A stretch of 64,000 nt of DNA from the human T2T-CHM13v2.0 reference genome, Homo sapiens, in assembly GCF_009914755.1 (NCBI RefSeq), contig NC_060947.1; one strand, written 5' to 3'. Positions 25,294-39,729 of this stretch are shown here, one piece after another. Position numbers and translations under genes: made by a program. Below the pieces are notes generated by a model. That model saw only the letters and a list, made by a program, of their open reading frames with translations, ran no database searches and had not been told where the DNA came from. Each line of letters begins with the position of its first letter. Within the stretch, counting starts at the first letter, position 1.

Positions 25294-27008
25294 AATGGAA
25301 GAAAGAAAAAAAGGAAAGAAGAAACAGAGAAAGAAGAGAGAAGGAGAGAGAGAGAGAGAGAGAGAGAAAGAAAGAAAGGAAGGAAGGAAGGAGAGAGAGA
25401 GAGAAAGGGAGGGAGGAGGGAAGGAAGGGAGGGAGGGAGGGATAACAGAAGGAAATAAGGAAGGGAAGGAGGGAGAGATGAAGGAAGGAAGGGAGGGAGG
25501 GAGATAAAGGAAGGAAAGGAAAGAAGGGAAGGGAAGGAAAGAAGCAAGGAAGGGAAGGAGGAAGTAAGGAAAGGAAAGGAAGAAGGAAGGGAAGGAGGAA
25601 GGAAGGGAAGGGAAGGAGGAAGGAAGGGAAGGAGGAAGGAAAGGAAAGGAAGAAGGAAGGGAAGGAGGAAGGAAGGGAAGGGAAGGAGGAAGGAAGGGAA
25701 GGAGGAAGGAAGGAAGGAGGAAGGAAGGAAGGAGGGAGGAAGGAAGGAGGGAGGAAGGGAAGGAGGAAGGAAGGGAAGGAGGAAGGAAGGGAGGAAGGAA
25801 GGGAAGGAGGAAGGAAGGGAAGGGAAGGAAGAAGGAAGGGAAGGAGGAAGTAAGGAAAGGAAAGGAAGAAGGAAGGGAAGGAGGAAGGAAGGGAAGGAGG
25901 AAGGAAGGGAAGGAGGAAGGAAGGGAAGGAGGAAGGAAGGAAGGAGGAAGGAAGGAAGGAGGAAGGAAGGAAGGAGGAAGGAAGGGAAGGAGGAAGGAAG
26001 GAAGGAGGAAGGAAGGAAGGAGGAAGGAAGGGAAGGAGGAAGGAAGGGAAGGAGGAAGGAAGGGAAGGAGGAAGGAAGGAAGGAGGAAGGAAGGAAGGAG
26101 GAAGGAAGGGAAGGAGGAAGGAAGGGAAGGAGGAAGGAAGGGAGGAAGGAAGGGAAGGAGGAAGGAAGGGAAGGGAAGGAAGAAGGAAGGGAAGGAGGAA
26201 GTAAGGAAAGGAAAGGAAGAAGGAAAGGAAGGAGGAAGGAAGGGAAGGGAAGGAGGAAGGAAGGGAAGGAGGAAGGAAGGGAAGGAGGAAGGAAGGGAAG
26301 GAGGAAGGAAGGAGGAAGGAAGGGAAGGAGGAAGGAAGGGAAGGAGGAAGGAAGGGAAGGAGGAAGGAAGGAAGGAGGAAGGAAGGGAAGGAGGAAGGAA
26401 GGGAGGAAGGAAGGAAGGAAGGAGGAAGGAAGGGAAGGAGGAAGGAAGGAAGGAGGAAGGAAGGGAAGGAGGAAGGAAGGGAAGGAGGAAGGAAGGGAAG
26501 GAGGAAGGAAGGGAAGGAGGAAGGAAGGGAAGGAGGAAGGAAGGGAGGAAGGAAGGAAGGGAAGGAGGAAGGAAGGGAAGGAGGAAGGAAGGAGGAAGGA
26601 AGGGAAGGAGGAAGGAAGGGAAGGAGGAAGGAAGGGAAGGAGGAAGGAAGGAAGGAGGAAGGAAGGGAAGGAGGAAGGAAGGGAAGGAGGAAGGAAGGGA
26701 AGGAGGAAGGAAGGAAGGGAGGAAGGAAGGGAAGGAGGAAGGAAGGAAGGAGGAAGGAAGGGAAGGAGGAAGGAAGGGAAGGAGGAAGGAAGGAAGGGAA
26801 GGAGGAAGGAAGGGAAGGAGGAAGGAAGGAGAAAGGGAGAAAGAGAGAAAGAAGAAAAAACGAGGAAGGAAAATAAAGAGAATGAAAGAAGGAAGAAAGG
26901 AGAGAAAGAAAGAAAGGAAGAAAGCAAAAGAAAAAGAAAAGAAAGAAAAAGAAAGGAGAAAGAAAGATGGAGAAAGAGAGAAAAAGAAAGTAAGGAAAAG
27001 AAAGCAAA
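25281..27008. repeat. 1.7-kb polypurine (GGAA/GGAG/GGGAA) tract with a 16-bp GGAGGAAGGAAGGGAA core unit
   Basis: Almost pure A/G on the plus strand; source of the spurious 587-606 aa P/S/F/L ORFs. Confidence 0.97.
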
Positions 27009-27547
27009 ACAACTTGGGGAATTCAAAACAAATGCTGATGACCAGAAGAATTGACTGCGGAACTTTCTCGCGGATGGGGCTGACCGTCAGTCATTTTCAG
27101 AGGTTGGCCCAGTGAGCATCAAAAGCCCACTAGCTTTCCTGGATATTTGGGGAGACCGTCACAGATAGTGAGAGGCCTGAGCTCACCAGTGGTTTTACAC
27201 AAGGCTCACTGGGGATTGGGGATGTCCAGTTTCAGACCTGCTGCCTGTCCTTGAAGAGGGAAGACGCATGAACAGAGATGGCTACACCAATTGCAAGCTC
27301 AGCGCAAAATGAGAAGAAGGACTCCTTGTTCAAACCTAATTAACAATTTCCAGGCGGGGGCAGCAGACAGTTAAAGCAATATGGCGCCCTTCCGTGCGTG
27401 GGGACCCTGTGTGAGTTACGCAAGGTGCGGACTCATGAAACTTGAGGTGTAGATAACAGAAGCTATCCACCTCCGAGGCTTTCCGGGTCTCTAGAAATGG
27501 AAAGAATATTTTCCGCACTCACATGGCATCTGGTCCCTGTGGCCAAT

Positions 27548-30365
<2,818 letters not shown>

Positions 30366-30495
30366 TGTCATAACCTGCAATGGGCTGTCTGAACACACAG
30401 CCATCTCATGGGACCATCTACATCATCTTCACACAGAGACCTAAGCCCCATGGGAAGCTTGGCAGATGTGATGTTGGGGCCTCTACAGATCCAGA

Positions 30496-30963
30496 TGTGG
30501 GGGTTTAGTCAGGCTGGTGGGGAAAATTTTAGTTATAGTAGACACAAACCCTCTGGGAAGGCCTGAGCGTTTGTATAACTTCAGTAATAAACCTGGCTGA
30601 AGGCAGCCTAGTCCCCTTACCTTTAGTTAAATAAATTAGAGTAGAAGCAAAGGAATGTGGGGAATGTCTCTAACTAACTTGTTTACTCATGTGGTCCTAA
30701 GACTAACCTTTTATGTATCGCAGGTGCTTCATTGCTTTCTACTTAGGGAAGTCCGCAATGTCAATTTCCCTCTAGTGGTGTTGACTCACAACCTTTGTCA
30801 ATTAATCTTTACTGAATAAATGCAAGTCTTGCTGACTGATCGAGGCCACGGCTGCTACTAAGTGGCTTGGATGCTCAGCCAAACTGGCAAAGCAGAATAG
30901 CTGTGTGTCAATGTACTTCATTCACCCATCACTTGGTCAGGGTCTGTGGGACAGACCCCTGCA
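30496..30963 (+). mobile_element. Solo LTR, LTR22-like (HERV-K22/HML-5)
   Basis: TG...CA ends, tgtgggggtttagtcaggctggtggggaaaatttt start, AATAAA at ~30815, and ccaga/ccata flanks. Confidence 0.7.
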
Positions 30964-31298
30964 CCATAAATCTTGTTGCAAGTTTTCACCGTTGGGCTTC
31001 ACGTCTCCCTGCAGCACCATGAATCCAGCTACACTAGGGAGGTGAATATCATGCATGTTTCCTGCAAGTTTCATTGTTCCTTGTAACCTCTGGCAACCTC
31101 TCCTTCCCGGAGGCTGTTTCCTGGCCTGTTAGTCTGGTTGTATCATTCATGGTTTTCCTATGAAGGGTCTCAGGATATAAGCAGACATTCTGCACAGAGA
31201 CTGCATCTTTCTGCAGAAGGGGCTTGAGCTCATTCTTTCTGCACTGAGAGTCCTGGGTATTGAGGTCTGAGCTCTGCCCGAAACAGAAGCATACCGAT

Positions 31299-31740
31299 TG
31301 TTAGGGTCACCCCAACCAGACCGTTCCCTTCCCCTTCCACAGGCCTTACAATACAGTCCCTTGCACTCTCCACACAGCTCCCCCAGGGCTAAAGACAAAC
31401 GCCCCCCGCCTTCACTGACCCCTCCAGTAACTGTTTGTCCAGACAGTTACAGGATGTGGTTAGCATGTCTGTGAACCTTGCATAACAAAGCTGGTGAAAA
31501 ACATCTCCAGGATGCGGTCAAGACACTTGCACCCCCTACTCAGCTCCCCCACCCCAACCCAATCCTCCTGCACCCTCGACTCAGCTCCCCCACCCCGACC
31601 TGGTTCTGGCCCTATAAAACCCTGCTATAGTCTGTAAGTGGGGCTGCCTCCACTAACTGTGGTGGAGCAGCCAAGCAGCTCAGTAAAGTTTGCTTGCCTG
31701 ACTTTAGGTCTCCTCATCCTCTCTCTCGGCTGACCTTACA
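31299..31740 (+). mobile_element. Solo ERV LTR (442 bp; ERV1-like, subfamily uncertain)
   Basis: tgttagggtcacc...gctgaccttaca with a perfect 5-bp TSD ccgat, TATAAA at ~31613 and AGTAAA at ~31682. Confidence 0.85.
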
Positions 31741-31981
31741 CCGATGATGTAGTAAGCATCTAACGTGAATATCCCAGGGAACAAATCCACATTTCTTATC
31801 CTTTTGTACCAAGGAAGGTCCCCTGTCTAGTGGGTCCATGACATAAAATTCCTGGTTTTCTGTAAAGGAACAACAGAAATCCAGGCATCCTGGTTATCTA
31901 CCAAGGAAAATCACCATCTGTGGTGACAAACCCATTCCCGGAGGATGAATGATTTTTTTTTTAAAGAGGCCAAACAATACA

Positions 31982-31987
31982 TTTATT
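31982..31987 (-). terminator. Distal polyadenylation signal AATAAA of DHRSX
   Basis: Plus-strand tttatt = minus-strand AATAAA in AT-rich context, ~1.5 kb after the stop codon. Confidence 0.7.
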
Positions 31988-32426
31988 ATTTTCATTTAAG
32001 TTGCTTATCAGGGCAACCTTCCCCATCTGGGAACAATCTAGCAGTCATGTAAGAAGCACATGCCCCCACAATTAGTTTGAACTCCATCCTGGAATTGCAG
32101 CTGGTTGTGATTCTAAGGTACAGGCATGCCAGGAGCCTGGATTTGAATAGTCAGTGGGATTTTGTCACTTAGTGGAATGGATAATAAGCCAACCAATGGT
32201 CATCAGTCTCACACATAAGGAGTGCAGGCTCGTAGGGTATACACAGTACTTTCTCAAAAGCATTGCAAATGACTGATTTCTCTATGTTGAAATTTGAAAA
32301 CCCAACATCTATCTCTCTAACACCAAAGGATTGAGCCTTCCTTGCCTGGCTGGTGAGTAAGAGTGAGCCTCTATACCAAGGATGTACCCTTTGGCTGTGT
32401 GAGGTTTTCAGAAGTATCAGAAGCTG

Positions 32427-32885
32427 TATACATTTCCTGTGGTTGCTGTAACAAGTGACTACCAATTTGTTGGAGCCTTAAAACAAGAAAGATTTATTCT
32501 CTCTCCGTTCTGGGGACCAGAAGTCTAAAGTCAAGACGTCAGAGGGGCCAAGATTGCTCTGAGGGGTATAAGGGAGAATCCTTCCTGCCTGTCCCAGCTC
32601 CTGGTGGCTCCAGGCATTGCTTGGCTTGTGGTGGCATCACTCCAGTCTCTGTCTGCATCATCACACGAATATCTTGTCTTCTGTACTCAAATCTCCCTCT
32701 ACCTGTCTCTGATAAGAACCCTCGTGATGGCATTAGGTTCACTGGGATGATCCATAATGACCCATCTCAAAATTCTTAATTCTATCTGCAAAGATTCTTT
32801 TCCAAATAAAGTAATATTTATAGGTTCTGAGGGTTAGGGCATGAACATATCTTTTGAGGGCTACCATTTGATCCATAGCTGTTCA
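32427..32885 (-). mobile_element. MLT1 LTR inside the DHRSX 3'UTR, sense to the mRNA
   Basis: Minus strand reads ...cttctggtccccagaacggagagagAATAAAtctttcttgttttaagg...ttgttacagcaaccacaggaaatgtataca. Confidence 0.8.
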
Positions 32886-33487
32886 GCGGTTTACATTCTC
32901 GGATTTGACAGTGGCATGCTTCACTTGTGACTGTGCCATTCTGGAATGAGGTTGACCAGATGGTGCTGCTGGCCACGTCAAACTCATCCTACAGGCTGTA
33001 GCAAGCAAGGCTCACACCTCCCCATGTCTGACACCTGTGAATCACAGCTGGGTCTCTGGAAAAATGAGTGAGTGCAGGAACAAAATCAAACAGGAGACCT
33101 CATCCACCACTAGGTCTCAGAGAGGACATTGCAGCCCCTGAAAAGAGAGCATCTCTCTTGGAACTTTTGTACTCAGTTGTATTAACGCGGCAAGGAAAAT
33201 GGCACATTTATGTTGGAAAATGTAATTATTTATGGCACCTGTGACAACTGGGCACTTTGGAATCACAAAGTTTATGGTTGAAGACCACTTGGGGTGATTA
33301 TCCTCCAAAATGTTTATTTGGCTTCTTGAAGTTCTGCAGAGGTTGAGGCAGCTGTCTCAAAACTAGAGGACAGAGCCCTGTGGGCAGGTGGGTGTGAGAA
33401 ACTCAAACACCGCAGTCTTCACAGACCCACAAGCTATTGGCAGGTGCAATGTGTTTCTTGGGGCAGCAGCTATCCTGAGACAGGATA

Positions 33488-33676
33488 TCACAGGGTCACA
33501 TCAAGGACCCCAGTCATCTCACAACTCTTAGACCACAGCTGCTGCTGCAGTTTCTGGTTGTAGGTGACGTGGAGGGACTTGGTCTCTTTCTCGTTGTATA
33601 GGTAATGGCCACCAACTCCTTCCAGCTCTGGGGTGACTGCTGCGTAGATGGAAGTCCACGCTCCTTCATCGGGGGT
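33488..33676 (-). CDS. DHRSX: DHRSX terminal coding exon (62 codons + TGA)
   Basis: Acceptor cttcttttcttcttccaccag|ACC is phase 0, in frame with the donor at 56175. It encodes TPDEGAWTSIYAAVTPELEGVGGHYLYNEKETKSLHVTYNQKLQQQLWSKSCEMTGVLDVTL*, a typical RDH/WWOX-like SDR C-terminus matching DHRSX. Confidence 0.96.
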   Translation of the reverse strand, partial: TPDEGAWTSIYAAVTPELEGVGGHYLYNEKETKSLHVTYNQKLQQQLWSKSCEMTGVLDVTL

Positions 33677-34469
33677 CTGGTGGAAGAAGAAAAGAAGGCT
33701 ACGATGAGTCAAATTTCTGAGCAGGAAACAGGAGTCTCAGGACTCACATGGATGCTGCAGGGACAGGTGGAATATACTCATCAGCTGCACTGAGAAATGT
33801 ATGCAAAAAGCGAGGTTGGGTGATCAATCTGAACCACAGCTTTTCTGCTGTTGGGTTTCTTTACAACAGGCACTGACAATAACGTACCCAAGTGGGTTGC
33901 ATTTCAGTGGTGGGTTAATCCATCTCACTAGGCAGATGCATATTAAAATCCCTGATGTACGTATTTAATCACGCACTCTTTATGGGACCGAAATGCTTAT
34001 TAATTGACTAGAAGCAGATGAGTGAGTGCTTGGCTTCTGTATTTAATAAACAATATTTAGCAATTAGATGAAACATCAGGACATCAAAAAGATTCTTGTT
34101 TTCAATTCAGCAAGGCATGCTACATCGGAGAATTGAGGCATTTATGAGCTGTGATCGTATGTTTCATGGAAACAGACGTTTCAAAAAGGAACTTGAGATG
34201 CAGAAAAAGGTTTTTCAAAGACTGGGGATTTTACCCTAGTGGAAGGCGATAATCTTGAAACACAGCACACCCTGGTTTTCTGCAGTGGGAGTTGGCCCTT
34301 GGTCATGGTCAGTGGGATGGAAGAAATGTAGGATTCTCAGAGGAATTAGAAGTTGTGGGACCTGAGAACCTTCAGAGCTAGGATGCAATAATCCAGGAAC
34401 CAACACAGTGCATCTTAACTTCTGTCACAATGAAGATGTTTCAGAAGTTGTCTCTTGTAATAAGCTTCT

Positions 34470-34975
34470 GGGAATCTGGTGAACGTATCCACCATGTGGG
34501 GACACAGTAATGAGGCACCGTCTGTGAACCAGAAAGCAGGTCCCTTCCAGACACAGAATCTGCCATGCATTGATCTTGAACTTCCAGCCTCCAGAACTGT
34601 GAGCAACAAATGTTTACCGGTTGCCCAGCCTATGTTGTTTTGTGATAGCAACACAAACAGACTAAGACATTTGATGTCCAGAGTTTTTACTGGGGTCTCA
34701 TTGCATAGGTATGATTAAGTCATTGGCCACATAATCAGATTCAACCTCCAGTTCCTCTTTCCTCCCCAGAGGTCAGGCTGGCCTGAAATTCCAACCTCCT
34801 AATGACATGGTTGGTGTTTCTGGTGGCCAGCCCCATCTTGAAGCCATTTAGGAAACAGCAAATATCACCTCATTATACAACCAGGGAATTGCTAGCATTT
34901 GTGAAATTGCGAGAGTTTTAGAAGCTCCTCCTTGTTACAGAACCAGGAATAAAGACCAGATATTGCCTTTGTTAT
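34470..34975. mobile_element. MLT1A 3' part (+) followed by a MER21-like LTR fragment
   Basis: ttgaacttccagcctccagaactgtgagcaac...agcaacacaaacagactaagaca, then caacctccagttcctctttcctccccagaggtc. Confidence 0.6.
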
Positions 34976-35551
34976 GTCCCCTCTAGTCTTCTGGGAGTGA
35001 TGATCCATTTGCCCGAACTGATTTCACCTCTCACCAGTGCCCCTAGCACTGCAGTGGCTCAGGCCTGTAATCCCAGTGCTTTGGGAGAACAAGGCAGGAG
35101 GACTGCTTGAGTCCAGGAGTTCAAGATGAGTGTGGGCCACATGGCAAAACCTAGCACTGGTGAGAGTTCAGGCACACACCCTCCAAAAAGGAAAAGGGTG
35201 GACTCTGTGGGGTGGCCTGTGACACCCAGTCACTTCAGAAATTCTGCTGCTGTCAGTTCACTGCCTCCTGGTCTTGACTTCAGCAGCCAGTGTGACGTGG
35301 AAAGGCATGGTAGACAATCCAGTGTGCCCACCAGCCCATCCTCTGGGTGCCGAGCAAGGGGAACAGGAAGGCTGGACCCCAGTAGAGGAACAGAGCTGCC
35401 AGACTCCTGAGATTGTTTCCCACTGACTTGCCTCTGCTCTTCTGCTGCCTAAAAAGAAATGGATGGAGCTAGAGAACTTCCCAAGTCTGGAAATCACCTA
35501 GGGGTGCCCAGAGATCTTGCAAACCCAAAGTGTCCTGGGAGATTTGGAGGC

Positions 35552-35910
35552 TGATACGGTTTGGCTGTGTCCCCACCCAAATTTCATCTTGAACTGTAGC
35601 TCCCATAATTCCCATGTGTCAAGGGAGGGAGCCAGTGGGAGGTAATTGAATCATGGGAGATCTTTCTCGTGCTGTTCTCATGATAATGAATAAGTCCCAT
35701 GACATCTGATGGTTTTATAAAAGGCCGCTCCCCTGCACACACTCTCTTGCCTGCTGCCATGTAAGACATGCCTTTGCTCCTCCTTCACCTTCCGCCATGA
35801 TTGTCAGGCCTCCCCAGCCACATGGAACTGAGTCCATTAAGCCTCTTTCCTCTATAAATCACCCAGTCTTGGGCATGTCTTTATTAGCAGCATGAGAACA
35901 GACTAATAGA
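35552..35910 (+). mobile_element. THE1 (THE1C-like) solo LTR
   Basis: tgatacggtttggctgtgtccccacccaaatttcatcttgaa...agcagcatgagaacagactaata, with gaggc/gagac flanks. Confidence 0.88.
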
Positions 35911-37051
35911 GAGACTGTATCTGAAAACATCTCGGGGGCGGATGCAGGCGCCATGGCTTGGCTCTTGCAGGGGAGCCCTGTGTCCCGTGTCTTGCCCTGG
36001 GCATCTAAAGACCAAAAGTAAAGGCGAAAGGGATGGAAAGAGGAAGGGAGGAAGGACAGAACAGAGCAGGAGGAAAGGGAGAGGGAAGGCAGGGGCCAAG
36101 TGAAGGCACCCATGGTGTTTGAGGGTCTTTCTCTGGGGCAGCCTTCAACGCAGAAAGAGGTTTTATTGATCTGTTTCATGCTTCTCTCTTTTGCGGCTGT
36201 GTTCTGCCCAATTTCCAGGCAGGATCTGCTCCCAAAGCCGGCATTCTTCTTCCTTCTCCATCATCTTGTAGCTGGAAAATACGGAGTCTTTCTGGGGCCC
36301 AGCCCACTTCCATATAAAAGGCAGGGACACCAAGCACTGCAGCTGTGAATCCAACATGGTGCCCCTTCCCACACTGCTGCTCTGGACAAAGTGATCAGAG
36401 AGGCCAGATGGGGGCCACCCTGGGTCCCCAGGAGAGACCATGGTTCCTGCTGCGCAGAAATGAGCATTTACACCTCACGCTGGTGCCTGAGATGTTCACC
36501 CACACTGTGTTATATTTAGTGCTGTGCCTTCTTTGCAAACAAATCCTTAAATCAGCTCCTGGAACAAGTTTTGTGTTGTTGTCTGCCATCATTGACACTG
36601 AGGATTCAGGGGCTCATGCCCCAAATACCCGACCTGTGTCTTGACCATGTAGTATGATGCCTCCACCCGGAGAGGCCCCTGTGTTCTGCAGCTGCAGCTT
36701 AGGCCGCTCCTGGGTTCTCCTGCATCGTCCCTATTGTTGAACAAACTCAGCACTCTCTGGAAGGAGGCTTCCTCTTTGTGGTTCCCCTGTGGGCAGTGTC
36801 TGGGGGCTTCTGTTTCTACCATATTTTGAAAAATCCTCTTATCTGAGTAAGAGTTCTTGGGCTATGCATATTCAATTGCGACACAAGTACTACCGTTTTA
36901 GGGGGCAAGATACCACCTGTGCTATGTTGAAAATGAGCTTGTGATTTCTAGAAGACAGCAAGCGCATTGTGCTGAAAATGTAGGTATTTCTGGGGACACA
37001 GAGATGACGACGTGATGAAGTTCTATTGGATGATTTTTTTTCTGTAAGAAA

Positions 37052-37942
37052 AACACACGCACACACATATTCATGTGCGCATGGTCACTTACATGCTGAC
37101 ATGCACACATACATTCGTATGTACTCACATGCACACAAATATATATACACATATGGACACACACATACTCATGCATACGCACACACACATGCACACTTAC
37201 TTGCACATGCATACTCACACTCATTCACATGCACACATGCTCATTTACATGTACACAAACTCACATGAACACATGCTCACATATACTCATTCACATGCAC
37301 ACAAATTCGCATGCACACAGCTCACACGCACACATGCTCACACTCGCACACACACACGTACACACACATTCACATGCACTCATTCACATGTACACAGCTC
37401 ACACACATGCTCACATTCACATGCACACTAATTCACATGCACACACACATGCTCACACTCATTCACATGCACACAGCTCACATTCACACATGCATTCACA
37501 TTTACATATTCACATGCACTCACATGCTCACTCATTCACATGCACACAGCTCACACACATGCACACACTCATTCACATGCACTCATTCACATGTACACAC
37601 ATTCACATGCACTCACACACGCACACAGCTCACACATGCACACATTTGCATGCACATTCACATGTACACACATTCACATGCAGTCACACATGCTCACACT
37701 CATTCACATGCACACAGCTCACACACATGCACTTTCACATGTACACACATTCACATGCACACATACACATGCACGCACCCTCATTCACAAGTACGCACAT
37801 ACACATGCACACATGCTCACACTCATTCACATGCACACATGCTCATCCACGTGTACATTCACATACTCATTCACATGCATACTTATACACATGCAAACAT
37901 GCTTATATATTCATTTGCATGCACACACTCATACACATGCAC
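37052..37942. repeat. CA-rich (CACATG/CATTCA) degenerate repeat
   Basis: Direct reading; source of the His/Thr-rich ORFs. Confidence 0.95.
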
Positions 37943-37974
37943 AGATTATTTATCCTAATATTGCAAAATATGAA

Positions 37975-38595
37975 ACCAAGGAGAGAGGCCTCAGGAGGAA
38001 CCAGCCCTGCCCACACCTTGATCTTAGACCTCCAGCCTCCAGGACTGTGGGAGAATCAATGTATGTCGTTTCTAAGCCACCCAGTCTATGGTATTCTGTG
38101 ACAGCAGCCAGAACTGGACTAAGACATGTCATAAGAAAAGGAGATGAGGACACAGACACACACAGAGGGACAACCCTGTGAGGACACAGGGAAAAGACGG
38201 CGTCTCCAAGCCCAGGAGAGAGACCTCAGGAGGAACCAGCCCTGCCCACACCTTGATGTCAGACTTCCAGCCTCCAGGACTGTGGGAGAGTCAACGTCTG
38301 TTGTTTATAAGCCACCCAGTCTATGGTATTCTGTGATAGCAGCCTGAAATGGACTGAGACAGCTCATAAGAAGAGGAGATGAGGAGAAAACAGACATGCA
38401 CAGAGGGACGACCCTGTGAGGACACAGTGAGAAGACAGCATCTACAACCCAAGGAGAGAGGCCTCGGGAGGAGCCCGCCCAGCCCACACCTTCATCTTGG
38501 ACTTCCAGCCTCCAGGACGGTGGGAAAATCAGTGTCTGTTGTCTAAGCTGCCCAGTCTATGGGACGTCAGGCTGGCAACCCCGGCAGATGGAGAC
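37975..38595 (+). repeat. MLT1B-derived tandem repeat (~236 bp x ~2.6)
   Basis: ggagagaggcctcaggaggaaccagccctgcccacaccttg recurs at ~37980, 38215 and 38453. Confidence 0.85.
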
Positions 38596-38899
38596 CAAGC
38601 CCAGGTGACTTCTCTCCTGACTGGGATTGGCGCAGGCTGCTGTGTGCATATGTCAAGAAAGCCTCTTTTCCAGGAAACAGGCAATTATACCCACACTTAC
38701 CTGCTACCTCAAGAGTCAGGGAGGGGAGAGACTTCAGGAGCATGAGCAATTACTCGAGTTCCCCTCCCAAGTCATTTCAATCTCCTGTTGGTTACCTGGC
38801 TCATTCAGTCTGCCCCACAGCTCTATTGCAAACAGAGCCCTCTGTGTTCATGGGACTGTTCAAGAACACCAAGGGTTCCTGCCAGCATTTGTCTCTCTA

Positions 38900-39396
<497 letters not shown>

Positions 39397-39729
39397 TCAG
39401 AGCTGCTGCAGAATAAGAAGGGTTCGAGTCAGCCTTCCTCCTGCTGACAATGAATACCTCAGTTTTCCCTCCGGAGGCAGCCCCTTTTCCTCCTAACTCC
39501 ATGAAATGTCTTTCCGGAAGGTGCAGCTGGAGCACCCTGCACCTGCACCCCAGCCAGCCCTGCACCCACATCTGTACATGCCAGGCAGTGCTGAGAACCG
39601 GGCAGGAAGGGAGGGGACAGACGTGTCTGCACAGAATCCTGCACCTGCTGGGAACAACTCAGTGTCATCAGCTATGGCCTGGGTCAAAGCACCTTTGTTT
39701 TGGGTATTCAAAGGTCAGTGAAGGGTTGA

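Larger units (their letters stand above)
31953..33487 (-). other. DHRSX: DHRSX 3'UTR (distal end inferred)
   Basis: Runs from the stop codon to about 20-30 nt past the minus-strand AATAAA at 31982-31987. A genomic A10 run (minus strand) lies at 31953-31962 at the expected cleavage position. Confidence 0.7.

Noticed and set aside
25206-27026. 587-606 aa ORFs in three minus-strand frames
   Set aside because: They are stop-free only because the sequence is a CT/GA simple repeat; no protein-like composition.
32952-32968. CTCF-like motif tgaccagatggtgct in the 3'UTR
   Set aside because: Several mismatches to the core; not supportable without ChIP data.
33677-33712. N-terminal extension of the listed 74-aa ORF (MTHRSLLFFFHQ)
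   Set aside because: This is the intron polypyrimidine tract; the true exon starts at 33676.
37026-38181. His/Thr/Met-rich ORFs up to 290 aa
   Set aside because: Translations of the CA-rich repeat plus MLT1 sequence.
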